Positions 42,451 to 54,299 of a stretch of DNA of 64,000 nucleotides are shown here, piece by piece. Made by a program: the position numbers and the translations under genes. Under the pieces are notes generated by a model. It was not told where the DNA came from. It saw only the letters and a program-made list of their open reading frames with translations, and did not search any database. How positions within the stretch are numbered: position 1 is the first letter of the stretch; each line of letters starts with the position of its first letter. Source of the DNA: Trichoplax adhaerens. Lineage: Eukaryota > Animalia > Placozoa. Where the stretch lies: the NCBI RefSeq assembly GCF_000150275.1, contig NW_002060947.1, forward strand, positions 6,897,648-6,961,647, written 5' to 3'.

Positions 42451-42730
42451 TACAGTGTACAGTACTGTCCAGTACAGTATGATACTGTACTGGATGTACT
42501 GTACAAGTGTACTGTACATGTCCAGCCCTAGGCAGACTAGGTAGTTGCAAACCAGCTGAAACCAGAGTCTTGTGCCGGTAAAAATACTGGATACCTTTCT
42601 GAGTACAAGGTACAGTACCGAATACCTTGCAACCAGCGAAATGGAACGCGTCAAGCGCTATGCAGTACGACGGACGTACAGTGTACAGTCTAAAAGCAGC
42701 TGTACTGTACTACAGTACTGCATACTGTAT
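42451..42730. promoter_or_regulatory. Cluster of TACAGTA/TACTGTA heptamers immediately upstream of the Raf ATG
   Basis: Nine exact copies at about 42458, 42473, 42483, 42497, 42510, 42611, 42703, 42711 and 42723, plus near-matches. A regulatory role is inferred only from position. Confidence 0.4.
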
Positions 42731-42788
42731 GTATGCCAGCGCTCTTGCTATCATTGTACATTTGCAACAATAGCTAGGAGACAGCAAG

Positions 42789-45700
42789 ATGGCTTCGTCG
42801 GGAAAGACGGCGGAGCAGCTCTACCCCGAGAGCGGTGGTTCTACTACACCTGATGCTGCAAATAACTCCAATTTAAGTGAAGAAGTAAGTAATATGGAGG
42901 TATCACCATGGATAAATCAATTCTAATCGTATATTCGATCACAGTTGACTGTTGTACACTTGCATTTTGTTGCAAGTTTCGTCTTCTCTTCTGCTCCATA
43001 TTCCATCTGCAAACGTGAATGAATTATTCCATGATCCTTCACTGCTAGAATACTCATTTTATACATCATCAATGCTCCGTAAAACAAAATGACTTATTTT
43101 ATTTATTTTATGGTTCTTTTTTCCCCCTTCTCTCTTCATTCCTCGATCGACGTTCGAGTTTTATATATACTGTATATATAACGAGTATCGACGCCATCCC
43201 ATACGAGCAGGCGCTGGAAAGATTATATATTGTAAATACTTTTAGTCTGTTGCCTATTCAACACATGACTCTAGTTCCTACAAATTGAAATCAAGTCGAT
43301 CGATTGAGATGATAACTTGGATTAGGACAGGCTAAAACTGCTGACCAATTTTGATTTTAAACTTGCATCAAGGATAACCCTTGCAATGTGTTTTCATTTA
43401 GCCTTCGGCATGGACGGTCATTTTCAAAATTTCAAAATAAACTGCAGTCCATCAATACCTCATCGTCAATACCGGCATGTCATGTTTGGCCATGGTCTTG
43501 CCGTGCATCAATCATGTCGCAGCATTTGTGGAAATGTTTCTCTTGCGATCTTCGTAGCGGGTGTCATTAACCTACAATTCGATAACTCGATTTCAATCAT
43601 TTCCCATGACTATTTGACTGAGAATGGTCTACAAGTACTTTTGATTACAGTACATGCTCTGTACAAAACAATACAATTCGAGTAAAGCTGGTGATCAAAC
43701 GTTGATGATAGCCAAGATGATACTTTACTGCATTGTTTGTTGCAGTCTTCATCGTCATGATGATTCTTGCAGCATGTTCATTTTCAATCTCCACTCGTAT
43801 GATTCACTCTTGTCATCATCATTCCATCCATACAGGCATAGTATTGATCTATGTTTCAAACTGATACCGATGCTAAGGATACATCCATCCAACATATATG
43901 TAAACGCATTACTGCAACTAGGCTAGACATAGTTTTACTGTGTACAGCAAGAAATTCCTTGATCACATACTGTACTATACTGTATCAAGGACATGTTCAT
44001 TGCTCCATCATTCTGCATTACCCCAACTCAAATTGGCAATAACATGCAAAGCGACAGATCTTCTTTATTATTTCTACGATGCTTCCTCAAGGGCCAATAA
44101 GGTACAGTAACTGCAGCACTTTATAGCACGACATGGCATGCAGCCGCTGCTAACATCTTTTGCTTTCATCTGCTGCTATCTTGAACATGTAGCACACAAC
44201 GATTACTTAATGTACTTTCTCTTATTGCCCATTTCGGGCTTTATGAGTGCTCTCCAGCAATTAGAATAGGTATTTCCCTGTATCAACAGCGTCAATAAGC
44301 AAAGATGCATTTGCAATGACTACAGTCTCGATTATGGTAACCTGCAAAGTGAAAAACATCCCTTGACTCTTTGAAATTGTGAGACTACTAGTACGTCCAG
44401 TATGAAGGAAAACTTTCACTTCGATTGCTAGTTTGTGTCATATCCTTTATACATACAGTACTTGTCGAAGGTTAGATGGACACTAGCGGAGCAAATAGTG
44501 TTGGAATAACTGTAGTGCGTAAGGCTCACTAAATCATTTCAAAGGGAAAGCTTGACTTGAAAGTTCCATTGTGTCGTTTATCGTCGTTTGTCGGTTGGTA
44601 TACGCCAGATCGTAGTGGATTGAACGAATGGACACGCAATCAATGCTATTCGTTCTACTACTGATCAATCGCTAATGGAGAGGTTTAAATTCCATTTAAC
44701 TCTGTAGATAGATCCATTAATATTGTAAGAATGGAGTAGGCAATCTCAGCATCTTTCTTATTACTTTCTGATCGAATGAATTGGTTGCGCAACAGAGCTA
44801 AACATACTCGTTATGTCCTACTGTGTTTGATATACATATTGTAGAAGGCAGATTGGAACTGTGCTAGGCACGCTGGTTCAACAGTCCATTCTATTTCAAC
44901 TTGTATTGCACTGTAGAATTGATCATTCATGTGTATTTTATAGTACAATGGATCGATCGCATTTGTTTTTGATTTTGTTCTCTTCGCCTACTACTAATGC
45001 TGACGTAACAAGAGAGAGAGAGGAAGAGGGAGGAAAAAACTACACGGTCCAGTTCTTATATTAACAAGGCAATGCTGGAAATTATTTTCCAAAGTTGAGG
45101 TGGGAGTTTGAAATGTTTGTTACGACAAGAACCAAGTTATTGCATTGAGAAGTTTGTAGACAGTCGATCTTGACGTCCTGTTGATCTCTACCACTCTATC
45201 CAATTCAATGTCCAGTATGAAACGCTCAACGGGATAGTTTGGGCTGTCTGTAGGATAGAATAGCTATTTTACTAGTGTAATTGAATGGATTGCCTGGTAA
45301 CTTGTACAGTAGAAAATGATCAGCAGTGATCCAAGATGAACATTTGATGGAGTTGCTGTGGAGAAGACCGCAGCGTTGATGTTGAACTGATAGATTAACC
45401 GATAGGCTAACTTGATTTGTTAGGGTTAGGGTTAGGGTAGAATAGGTATTCTACTACTATAGTTGAATCGATTGGATGGTAACTTGTACAGTCGAAAATG
45501 ATCAGCAGTGATCCAGGATGAACATTTGATTGAGTTACTGTGGAGAAGACCACTGCGTTGATGTTGAACTCATAGAATAGACGAAACGATAGCCAACTTG
45601 ACATGTTTTTATTGCATTGACAATACATTTTCACTGCCATTTTACGACAGTTGTCCTGTTTACAGTCAGAAAGACTATTCCTTCAATAGCCTGTTGGTAG

Positions 45701-48700
45701 CAATCCCTAGCCCCTGACTTATTTTAAGGGGAATCATCATTTTGGGGATTTCTTGTACTACTACGGTAATCAAAGTGTATTTTGAAGGACAAAATTGCCT
45801 ACAAACTCGCCACCATGATCATGAATCAATCAAAGTATACTATTCAAAATGTGCAATGTCGGCATTCATTTTGAGTGTAATCAGCCCCCTAATAATCATG
45901 ATTGACTGGAAATAATCTTATTCAATATCGTCCATAACATGATGTCATGGTTGTAGCCTAGAAGAGTCATAATTATGCTGTAATAATGTTGGCTACAGAG
46001 TGCAATGGATTTAGCACAAAGGTTGGCTGTTGTTGATCTCAGCTCTTGACGTCGTTGATTCTTTTTTTTTTTTTTTATTTTTCAACTTTTTCTTCCACTT
46101 ACCAGCTGCATCCAGTGGTCGTATCGTGTTGTTTTACTACTGAACATTTGCATTCTACTCCATTAGACTTGATATAGAACACAAGTAGAAGTAATTGAAC
46201 GCAACTAATTTCTTATTTGGCTGTTGTTGATCTCAGCTCTTGGCGTCGTTGATTCTTTTTTTTTATTTTATTTTTCAACTTTTTTTCCCACTTACCAGCT
46301 GCATCCAGTGGTCGTATCGTGTTGTTTTACTACTGAACATTTGCATTCTACTCCATTAGACTTGATATAGAACACAAGTAGAAGTAATTGAACGCAACTA
46401 ATTTCTTATTTGGCTGTTGTTGATCTCAGCTCTTGACGTCGTTGATTCTTTTTTTTATTTTATTTTTTAACTTTTTTTCCCACTACTGAACATTTGCATT
46501 CTACTCCATTAGACTGGATATAGAACACAAGTAGAAGTAATTGAACGCTGCTAATTTGTCATTTTGACCACCATCATTAGTCTAATTTTGTAGCCTGCAA
46601 AGGTAGGGGGTAAATTGACAATACCCAGGGTATTCTTGACTCACCAGGAGTGGATTCAAGACAACGTTCCAGTATAGGAATGGATCTGCTGTATCATACG
46701 CCTAGTGATGGATCATCTGGCTTGATTTTAATTGCCACTTGATAGTGTTGTCTATGGGATTACTAGTCCTGTATTCGACGCTTGACTGCCTATTTTCAGG
46801 CGATGCACCGCGACTGGTCTTGGATACCCCCCCCCCCAGAGAACAATGCTATAGCAGGTATATGTTTCATACGACAGCGATCATACCAGTCTGTACCATA
46901 GAAATGGGATCGCTGTCGTCCATGCAAACTCCATGGCAAGAAAACCTTCTACAATGGATGTCATTGGAACGGCATTGAGCAAACCCTTATGGCGAATCGT
47001 TGACAGGTGTTGCACTTAAGCAGCAACTTTGACAAGAGAATAAACTATTGAAACGGATTAAACTAATGATATTCAGCCCTGCCACAATGGCTGTCTGTTC
47101 ACAAGTCAGAAAATTGTTTCTTCTCTTTACAAATGAGTGAAAAATTCCATCCAAATACATGCCAATTCCTAGTTGTATAAAGTAAATGGACTGCGGTCGG
47201 TTGTATAATCTGTGTCAAGATTGTAACCAAGACTACAAAATGCAATTTTTCTGTTCAAAGCAATAGCATACAATTCTGCAGTATCAAATATGTCTAATCT
47301 TCAACAAGAGGATAAACTAGCTATTGAAACGGATTGAACTAATGATATTCAGCCCTGCCACAATGGCTGTCTGTTCACAAGTCAGAAAATTGTTTCTTCT
47401 CTTACAAATGAGTGAAAAATTCCATCCAAATACATGCCAATTCCTCGTTGTAGTAAGTAAATGGACTGCGGTCGGTTGTATAATCTGTGTCAAGATTGTA
47501 ACCAAGACTACAAAATGCAATTTTTCTGTTCAAAGCAATAACATACAATTCTGCAGTATCAAATATGTCTAATCTTCAACAAGAGGATAAACTAGCTAGT
47601 GAAACGGATTGAACTAATGATATTCAGCCCTGCCACAATGGCTGTCTGTTCACAAGTCAGAAAATTGTTTCTTCTCTTTACAAATGAGTGAAAAATTCCA
47701 TCCAAATACATGCCAATTCCTCGTTGTAGTAAGCAAATGGACTGCGGTCGGTTGTATAATCTGTGTCAAGATTGTAACCAAGACTACAAAATGCAATTTT
47801 TCTGTTCAAAGCATAACATACAATTCTGCAGTATCAAGGAAATAACTACAACAACTTTCAGTCTGGCTTGAATTCCATTTCTATCCAACGGTCATGACCG
47901 TCAATGCTGTCTTGCATGGCAGACGTTTATGTCTAATCTTGGACAGGTGTTGAACTCAAGCAGGAACTTGGACATGAGGATAAAGTGTTGAAACTGATTT
48001 TATTATGATATTCAACACTGTCACAATGGCTGTCTATTGAGAAGTGAGCAGATTGTCTCTTGACCTTAAAATGAGTGGAAAATTGTATCCCAAATAATTC
48101 TCATTCCTAGTCATACAAAGGAAATCGACTATTGTCGGTTATACACTCTCTCTGTCAAGATTGTAACCAAGACTACAAATGCTTTCACACAATCATTTTA
48201 TTCAAGGGAATAATATACAACACAGTAGTATCAGGTAAACAAGTAGAATAACTTTCAACCTGGCTTGAACTGATTTCCATCCACTGGTCACGATCGTTTT
48301 AATGCTGTATAGTAGTATAATGTCTTCCATTGCGGACGGTTGAGCTGGTTGCACCAGGGTACATATTTGTAAAAACTGCAGTAAGAAGGTGTTATTGGAT
48401 CGTTGATAATCCTATCAAAATAACTTGAATAGGAAACCACTTCTTATTGCTTTAATTAACCTTTAATTTCTCTTCCAAACAAGACGTCTCCTTTTTTCTG
48501 TTCGAAATCAAATATCAGCATACTGTTATGATTGTTTGTGGTCTATTTCTCATACTAGTGCTTGAACTTGGACGACAAGGATAAAATAACGCTTAGTCAA
48601 ATGACGCCTATCAGTGACGAATTGCGTCCACTTTTTTTGACTAATAATCAGTATCTTAGACACCTAGGCGAGGAATCATCGATACATTGACCTACCGAAT

Positions 48701-51700
48701 TTGGACATCATTTTGATATCCTGTAATATTGGCTATGAGGCAATCAACAATGAAAGACAATCTTGCTAGCTACGCTTTATTAATGGATTGCATTATTTTA
48801 CTTTGATACTTTTAGATTCGTAGCCTACGGTATACTATCAATTTAACTGAAAATAGTATTGAATCATTGAATCAACGATTTTCGGGTGGAAGACAAAATT
48901 CACCGAACTATTCTGAGGTAAGTTGAATTGTACATTTACCCTGCTTACACTATATTCAAATAGAAATCTACTACATGAACGATCACTGCCTATTTTAATG
49001 TACAATGATATCGTCCCAAATGCGTTACTGTAAATTGTATGAATTTCCTTACTATTGCCTAATATGCGTAAATGAATCGATAATATCACGTCTTAACTAG
49101 TCAAATATCCAGAATCAAAAATTTACAAATCATATGGCCCTAAAACTTACAACACTTACTCTCATTGTTGTATCTCTTCTGTTCGTCTTTCTGCTCTTTA
49201 TGATGGGTTACAGTTACACCTGTAAAGTACAATAAAATTAGCTTGCGTCATAGTACTTACATTTTAACTAATCAATATCAACTGAACATAGAAATATAGA
49301 TTATGATATCGTTATACGTTCAATAAACTCTTGTATTTTGTTTATTATATCTTTTACCAATAGGAAATCAACGATTTACAAAATAGACTAGCTGCTTTAA
49401 AAGCACGCTTACGCCATCTAACTGATCAAAGAAGTAATGGTCGTGCTCCTACAAGTACTACCAATAGCTGGAACAGCAATGATAGTAGTCAAGGTAATTC
49501 AACGTCTCAATCATTGCCACCAATAAAGCGTGGCCAATTACGAGCCTACCTACCAAATGAGCAAAGGACTGTGGTAAGCATTGTAAAACTTAGTGTACGT
49601 TTCTATTATGGTCTTAATAATAGTTGATAAATAAGACTCATTTCAATTCATAACAGACTATAAACCCTGTTCTTGTTAGCTGACCTAGCAAAAGCTCTAC
49701 ACATTTGATATTTAACTGGTAATGTAGTGTTGTACTGCATACTTTTAAAATAATCTAGCGTCACTGTGATGTCACTCTAAAATATGATTATAGCAGTTTT
49801 TCAATTTGGCTAATTTTTTTTATGAACCGTTAGTTGCTCAACATAATAAGTCATAGGGGCCCTAAGAAAGTAACCATACGTATATGTTGTTGCGCGTGTA
49901 TGATGATAGTTTTAAAAACCAAGTATACTTGTATTGAAAATTTTGCTCTGTAAAATATTCACTACTACATATGTTAGATAGAAAGCATGTACAGTCCAAT
50001 CTTTTAAGGATTGATAATATATCAACAATATTAAATTATGAATGATATGGCAAAACTATTTCTACCAAGTCATTTTCTATACTTTCAGAACACTAACTGA
50101 CTTTCACTATGCTCACTATTGAAGTACTAATTTGCGCTCATTAACATATTTTACATTGTGCAGCATATGTCGTCTAATTAAATTATCACGTCAACATAAT
50201 TCTTAAATAAATAATCTCTTGTTAAATTTGTTAGCATCACTAGATTATGTAGGCTTACAGCGAAGTATAAATTGATCATATCGTGCAGTTTCAATGATGT
50301 TTCATCCAATGACTTATCTACTATATACTTCATTTTATTCTTATTGGTAGTTTATGCAGTTGGTAACAATGTCACAACGCAAATTAGGCACTAGAAATAA
50401 TAGTATCACCTTTTAAAACTAGGTACAAGTTAAACCTGGCGTAACCTTGCGTTCCGCATTGACTAAAGCGATGAAAATGCGTGGATTGCAACCTGAAACT
50501 TGCGAAGTTTATAAATTTCGATCGCGGTAAGTCAGTCACCTGGTAATGTTTGGATAATGTACCCGTATTCACTTGCTAGACCCATACTGCACTTGAATGT
50601 AATTCAACAGCCCTAGAAATTGGACTGAGCTGGAGATATCGTTATAATACAATATCTTCATGCAAGAATGTCATGTATTACAACGATATAGTGACACTAT
50701 GGTCTCAGTTACATGATGGTGTATTATATACTGAAGCAATAAAAAGACTTCTAATTAGTACGGTGTTATAATTCAATCGATTATCATGTAGGACTCCTAT
50801 CGATTGGGAAACTGACATGGCGGTCCTTGAAGGTGGAGAGGTAAGAAACAATCGCTGCAATCTTTTTTCCAGTTTATCGATTTAAGTACAGCACATTTTA
50901 CAACTTTATTACGTTTCATTTAAATCAAAAGAATTAAAAAACTATAGATCTGCTTTCACATAGATCATAAATTCGATATTTAAATATGATTGCTGTTTCT
51001 TTCCGATAAATACCTTATCTATTTCTAACTTCAAAAGCCCTCTCAAACACTTTCTAGGAAAAGAGAATTTGTCGTTAACTATTAGTTCCGTTATCTCATG
51101 TTTCTTTTTTATCTGCTTACAGTAAAAATGTATGCTTTGCCAGATCTCGGATCACATGAATATTAATTTGCTCTGTTATGTCCATTTTCACGTGTAGATT
51201 TCAGTTGAAATTAGAGAACAGTTCTTAGAAGCCACTGGCATAAAACATTACTTTGTAAGTACCTTGTATCGCTTGTTATCCTAGTAAAATTGAGCATGGC
51301 TGATTATAATTTATTGATTAAGTTGCATGATTGGCGCTTACTAAATTGCAATGTAACTTACCTTTTTCTAACCAACTGCAGGTAAAGAAAACCTTTTTAA
51401 CACCTACTTTATGTAACAGTTGTCATCGCTTACTCATTCAAGGATACAGGTTTAATTACATATAATATAACTTTAAATCACCATATGTATGATTACATGA
51501 TACTTGAATTAAAAAAATCTGCCTACATCAAACCAACTCTTAACGTAATCTAGATAATAGATCATACAAATCAAAATTATTATGATTTACTTTGTATCAT
51601 TATAATTTTGCAATAGATGCCAACGTTGTGGATTTCGATTCCATCCCAAATGTGATGCTTATGTACCAGCGATATGCGTTCAAAATGGAAATAGCCACGT

Positions 51701-54299
51701 CATTCAGTGGTGAGTTAATCAATCCATTCATGGTTGTAATTTTATAGTGGAAACATAAATTTATTGTAAATGATTTCAATTTTTATGTTGTTGTGATCAC
51801 ACTAGGATGTTAGCTAATGAAAATAGGGCTGTTAAAATAAAGACGGTTGAAGACCCTAATCGTCCTGTCCCTGCACTTCCATTAACTCCTGAATCACGTA
51901 TTCGGTCAACTTCTTCACCCAATGTTAATATGGATATAGATCAGGTAAGGGTATTGATTGTTTTCATTTTCTTTTCAATAGTTTTAATTAATTCTACGTA
52001 TCAAGAATTTGTGTTACTTCTATTTATCGTTGGATAAAGAACTAAATAATAACTAGAGTATTTTTGCTACTTGTAGAAAAATTTGAGAAATACGGTGCCG
52101 TTACAAGGTATTGAATTTATTTAAATAGTTAATATACATAATTTATAATGAATTTGCATTCAAATCAAGATTGTCCTTTATGATGTATACCATGTGTTTG
52201 GTAGTAGAAAGAATCTCTTATCATGGTTTTATAATTTATCTCAGTAGGAATACGTTCAACAGATACAAAGCTTTCCACTGTTGATTCGATAACTCTTCCC
52301 AGGCCAAATAACATTCCAATACGCTCCCAATCACGGCCGCCCACCAATCTCATTAGGCCGACGGTAATAATTTCTCCTAATGAATCATCAAATCCTACGC
52401 AAGTATCTTTCGCAGATGCTAAAGCAGCCGAACGTGTGATAGTTTCAAAAGAGACTTTATTACCAAAACCTGAAGATGATGCAAATTCTGGACGATCAAG
52501 GTCCAAATCAAGTCCAGACGAAATGCGTCTTGTTAGTACAAAATTATTTAATCTTTTTCTCTATAGGAGAAATAGCATTGGCTAAATTATCTAAGTACTT
52601 ACAATTTAAATCATTCCTGTTACATAGCCTCGCAAGCGACATGCGAGAACAAGTGATGACTGGGAAATTGCACAATCCGATATTACAATTGGACCAAGGA
52701 TTGGATCCGGTTCATATGGAACAGTATTCAAAGGACATTGGCATGGTTCGAATTAAAACTGAATTTCGAAATGCTACTGATAGATAGACGAATATATCGG
52801 TTATAACTTCTATCTGATCTTTCTATTATAGGACCTGTTGCAATAAAAAAGCTTAATGTTACAGATCCTACCCCATCCCAACTACAGGCTTTTAAGAATG
52901 AAGTTACGGTTTTAAGGTGAACTAAATTTACTTAGCAATGTTGCAATGATCAAATATTGAAGAGTAATATGTCCTCATATATTGCTGTACGTTCTTTATT
53001 CATATTATTATTTATACCTAGGAAAACACGACATGTAAACGTTTTATTGTTCATGGGTGTAATGTCCAAACCCTTCTTAGCCATCGTTACACAGTGGTGT
53101 GAAGGATCAAGTCTTTATCGCCACTTGCATGTAATGGAAACTAAATTTGAAATGCTACAGATTACGGAAATAGCCAGGCAGACAGCGCAAGGAATGGAGT
53201 ATGTTATCAAAGTCTCGATTTAATCTTAAAATAATAAATGTTACTTTATGATTGGCTATCTATATACAGAGTATTAATTTTATTGTCTGTCGTAAAATCT
53301 TATCTTACAGTTATTTACATGCGAAGTTCATCATTCATCGGGATTTAAAATCAAATAGTATCCTAAAACTGTTAATAGACCGTATATGTTTGCAAATACT
53401 ACTGATTATACTTTTAAATTTGCTCTCTAATTTTATTTGATCCAATCGCATTATTTTATTGTATTTCTTAACGATTCGAAGACATCTTTTTACATGATGA
53501 TTTAACTGTAAAAATTGGAGATTTTGGTTTAGCAACTGTGAAATCAAGATGGAGCACATGTCAAGATAGTGAACAACCGTCTGGCTCTATATTATGGATG
53601 GTAGATGCATTTTCACTCAACTTAATTTCACGTTATAGATTTAGTCACTATTTAACATGAATATGTTTGTGCAGGCGCCGGAGGTCATGAGGATGCAGGA
53701 CGTTACACCGTACACGGTCAGGTCAGATATCTATAGCTTTGGCATGGTGTTACTTGAATTAACAACAGGAGAACTGCCGTATTCTCAAAAGAGCAGAGAT
53801 CAGGTAAATGCAGATGAATGTATAATATCGATATTACAATTACTAAAAAATGTAAATTCATACTTTATCTATACAAGATAATATTTATGGTTGGATGTGG
53901 ACTTTTGAAGCCAAACTTGAATCAGTGTAGACCGGAAACACCTAAACATTTGAAAGCAATAATATCAGACTGTTGTAAATATTCTCGAGATGAGCGCCCA
54001 GATTTTGCTCAGGTAAGATATATCTATTTTCGTCAATACGAAGCGAATTGCTAATTGCATTTCGTAGAAGGATTTTAACACCGATAATATCTGTCGCTTC
54101 TGCAATTTAGGTGTTGGGGGTACTGGAAAATTTGGCGCAAGATATCCCAAAAATCCATCGTAGTATGTCAGAACCGATGATAAACAGACCAGATGATGCA
54201 TTAAGTATTGTTGGCACTCCAAAATCGCCAATTCCCAGTGCTTATGGGAACTTTTCATTTTTATCCAATACGAATACAATTGATAGCAAAATGACTTAA
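42789..54299 (+). CDS. BRAF: Raf serine/threonine kinase, B-Raf-like, ~744 aa, 19 coding exons
   Basis: Exons 42789-42884, 48816-48917 (BRS: [22 protein letters not shown]), 49364-49573 ([11 protein letters not shown]), 50423-50526 ([11 protein letters not shown]), 50792-50840, 51198-51254, 51382-51449 and 51617-51709 (C1/CRD), 51806-51944 (RSTSSPNV), 52077-52107, 52245-52531, 52628-52745 ([15 protein letters not shown]), 52832-52916, 53022-53198 (RKTRHVN), 53311-53357 (HRDLKSN), 53482-53600 ([11 protein letters not shown]), 53675-53803 (APE), 53878-54012, 54111-54299 (RSMSEP). Confidence 0.95.
45256..45600. repeat. Two-copy ~180-bp tandem duplication with (TTAGGG)3 at the junction (Raf intron 1)
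   Basis: TAGAATAG..GGTAACTTGTACAGT.GAAAATGATCAGCAGTGATCCA.GATGAACATTTGAT..TGTGGAGAAGACC..GCGTTGATGTTGAACT occurs at ~45256 and ~45438. TTAGGGTTAGGGTTAGGG is at 45420-45437. Confidence 0.85.
46023..46560. repeat. Three-copy ~194-bp tandem repeat with a poly-T tract (Raf intron 1)
   Basis: Units start TTGGCTGTTGTTGATCTCAGCTCTTG at 46023, 46217 and 46410. The third copy has an internal deletion. Confidence 0.92.
47000..48305. repeat. Tandem array of a ~275-bp unit: three near-identical copies plus one diverged copy (Raf intron 1)
   Basis: TGATATTCAGCCCTGCCACAATGGCTGTCTGTTCACAAGTCAG recurs at ~47067, ~47343 and ~47618. A diverged copy at ~47940-48305 shares CACAATGGCTGTCT and GTCAAGATTGTAACCAAGACTACAAA. 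Confidence 0.92.
53358..53481 (+). other. U12-type (minor spliceosome) GT-AG intron in the Raf kinase domain
   Basis: 5' splice site GTATCCTA (U12 consensus RTATCCTT). Branch point TTTCTTAAC at 53464-53472 (consensus TTCCTTAAC), 9 nt from the 3' end. No polypyrimidine tract. Splits HRDLKSN|NIFL. Confidence 0.8.

Noticed and set aside
45305-45395. C/D-box snoRNA in the duplicated intronic unit (ATGAT...CTGA)
   Set aside because: No proper RTGATGA box C, the CTGA is CTCA in the second copy, and there is no terminal stem.
43386-47572. Several 60-100 aa ORFs within Raf intron 1, including those in the repeats
   Set aside because: No domain similarity; frames are broken by indels between repeat copies; no transposase or reverse transcriptase motifs.
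52165-52506. 113-aa minus-strand ORF
   Set aside because: Antisense shadow of the Raf linker exon 52245-52531; no domain features.
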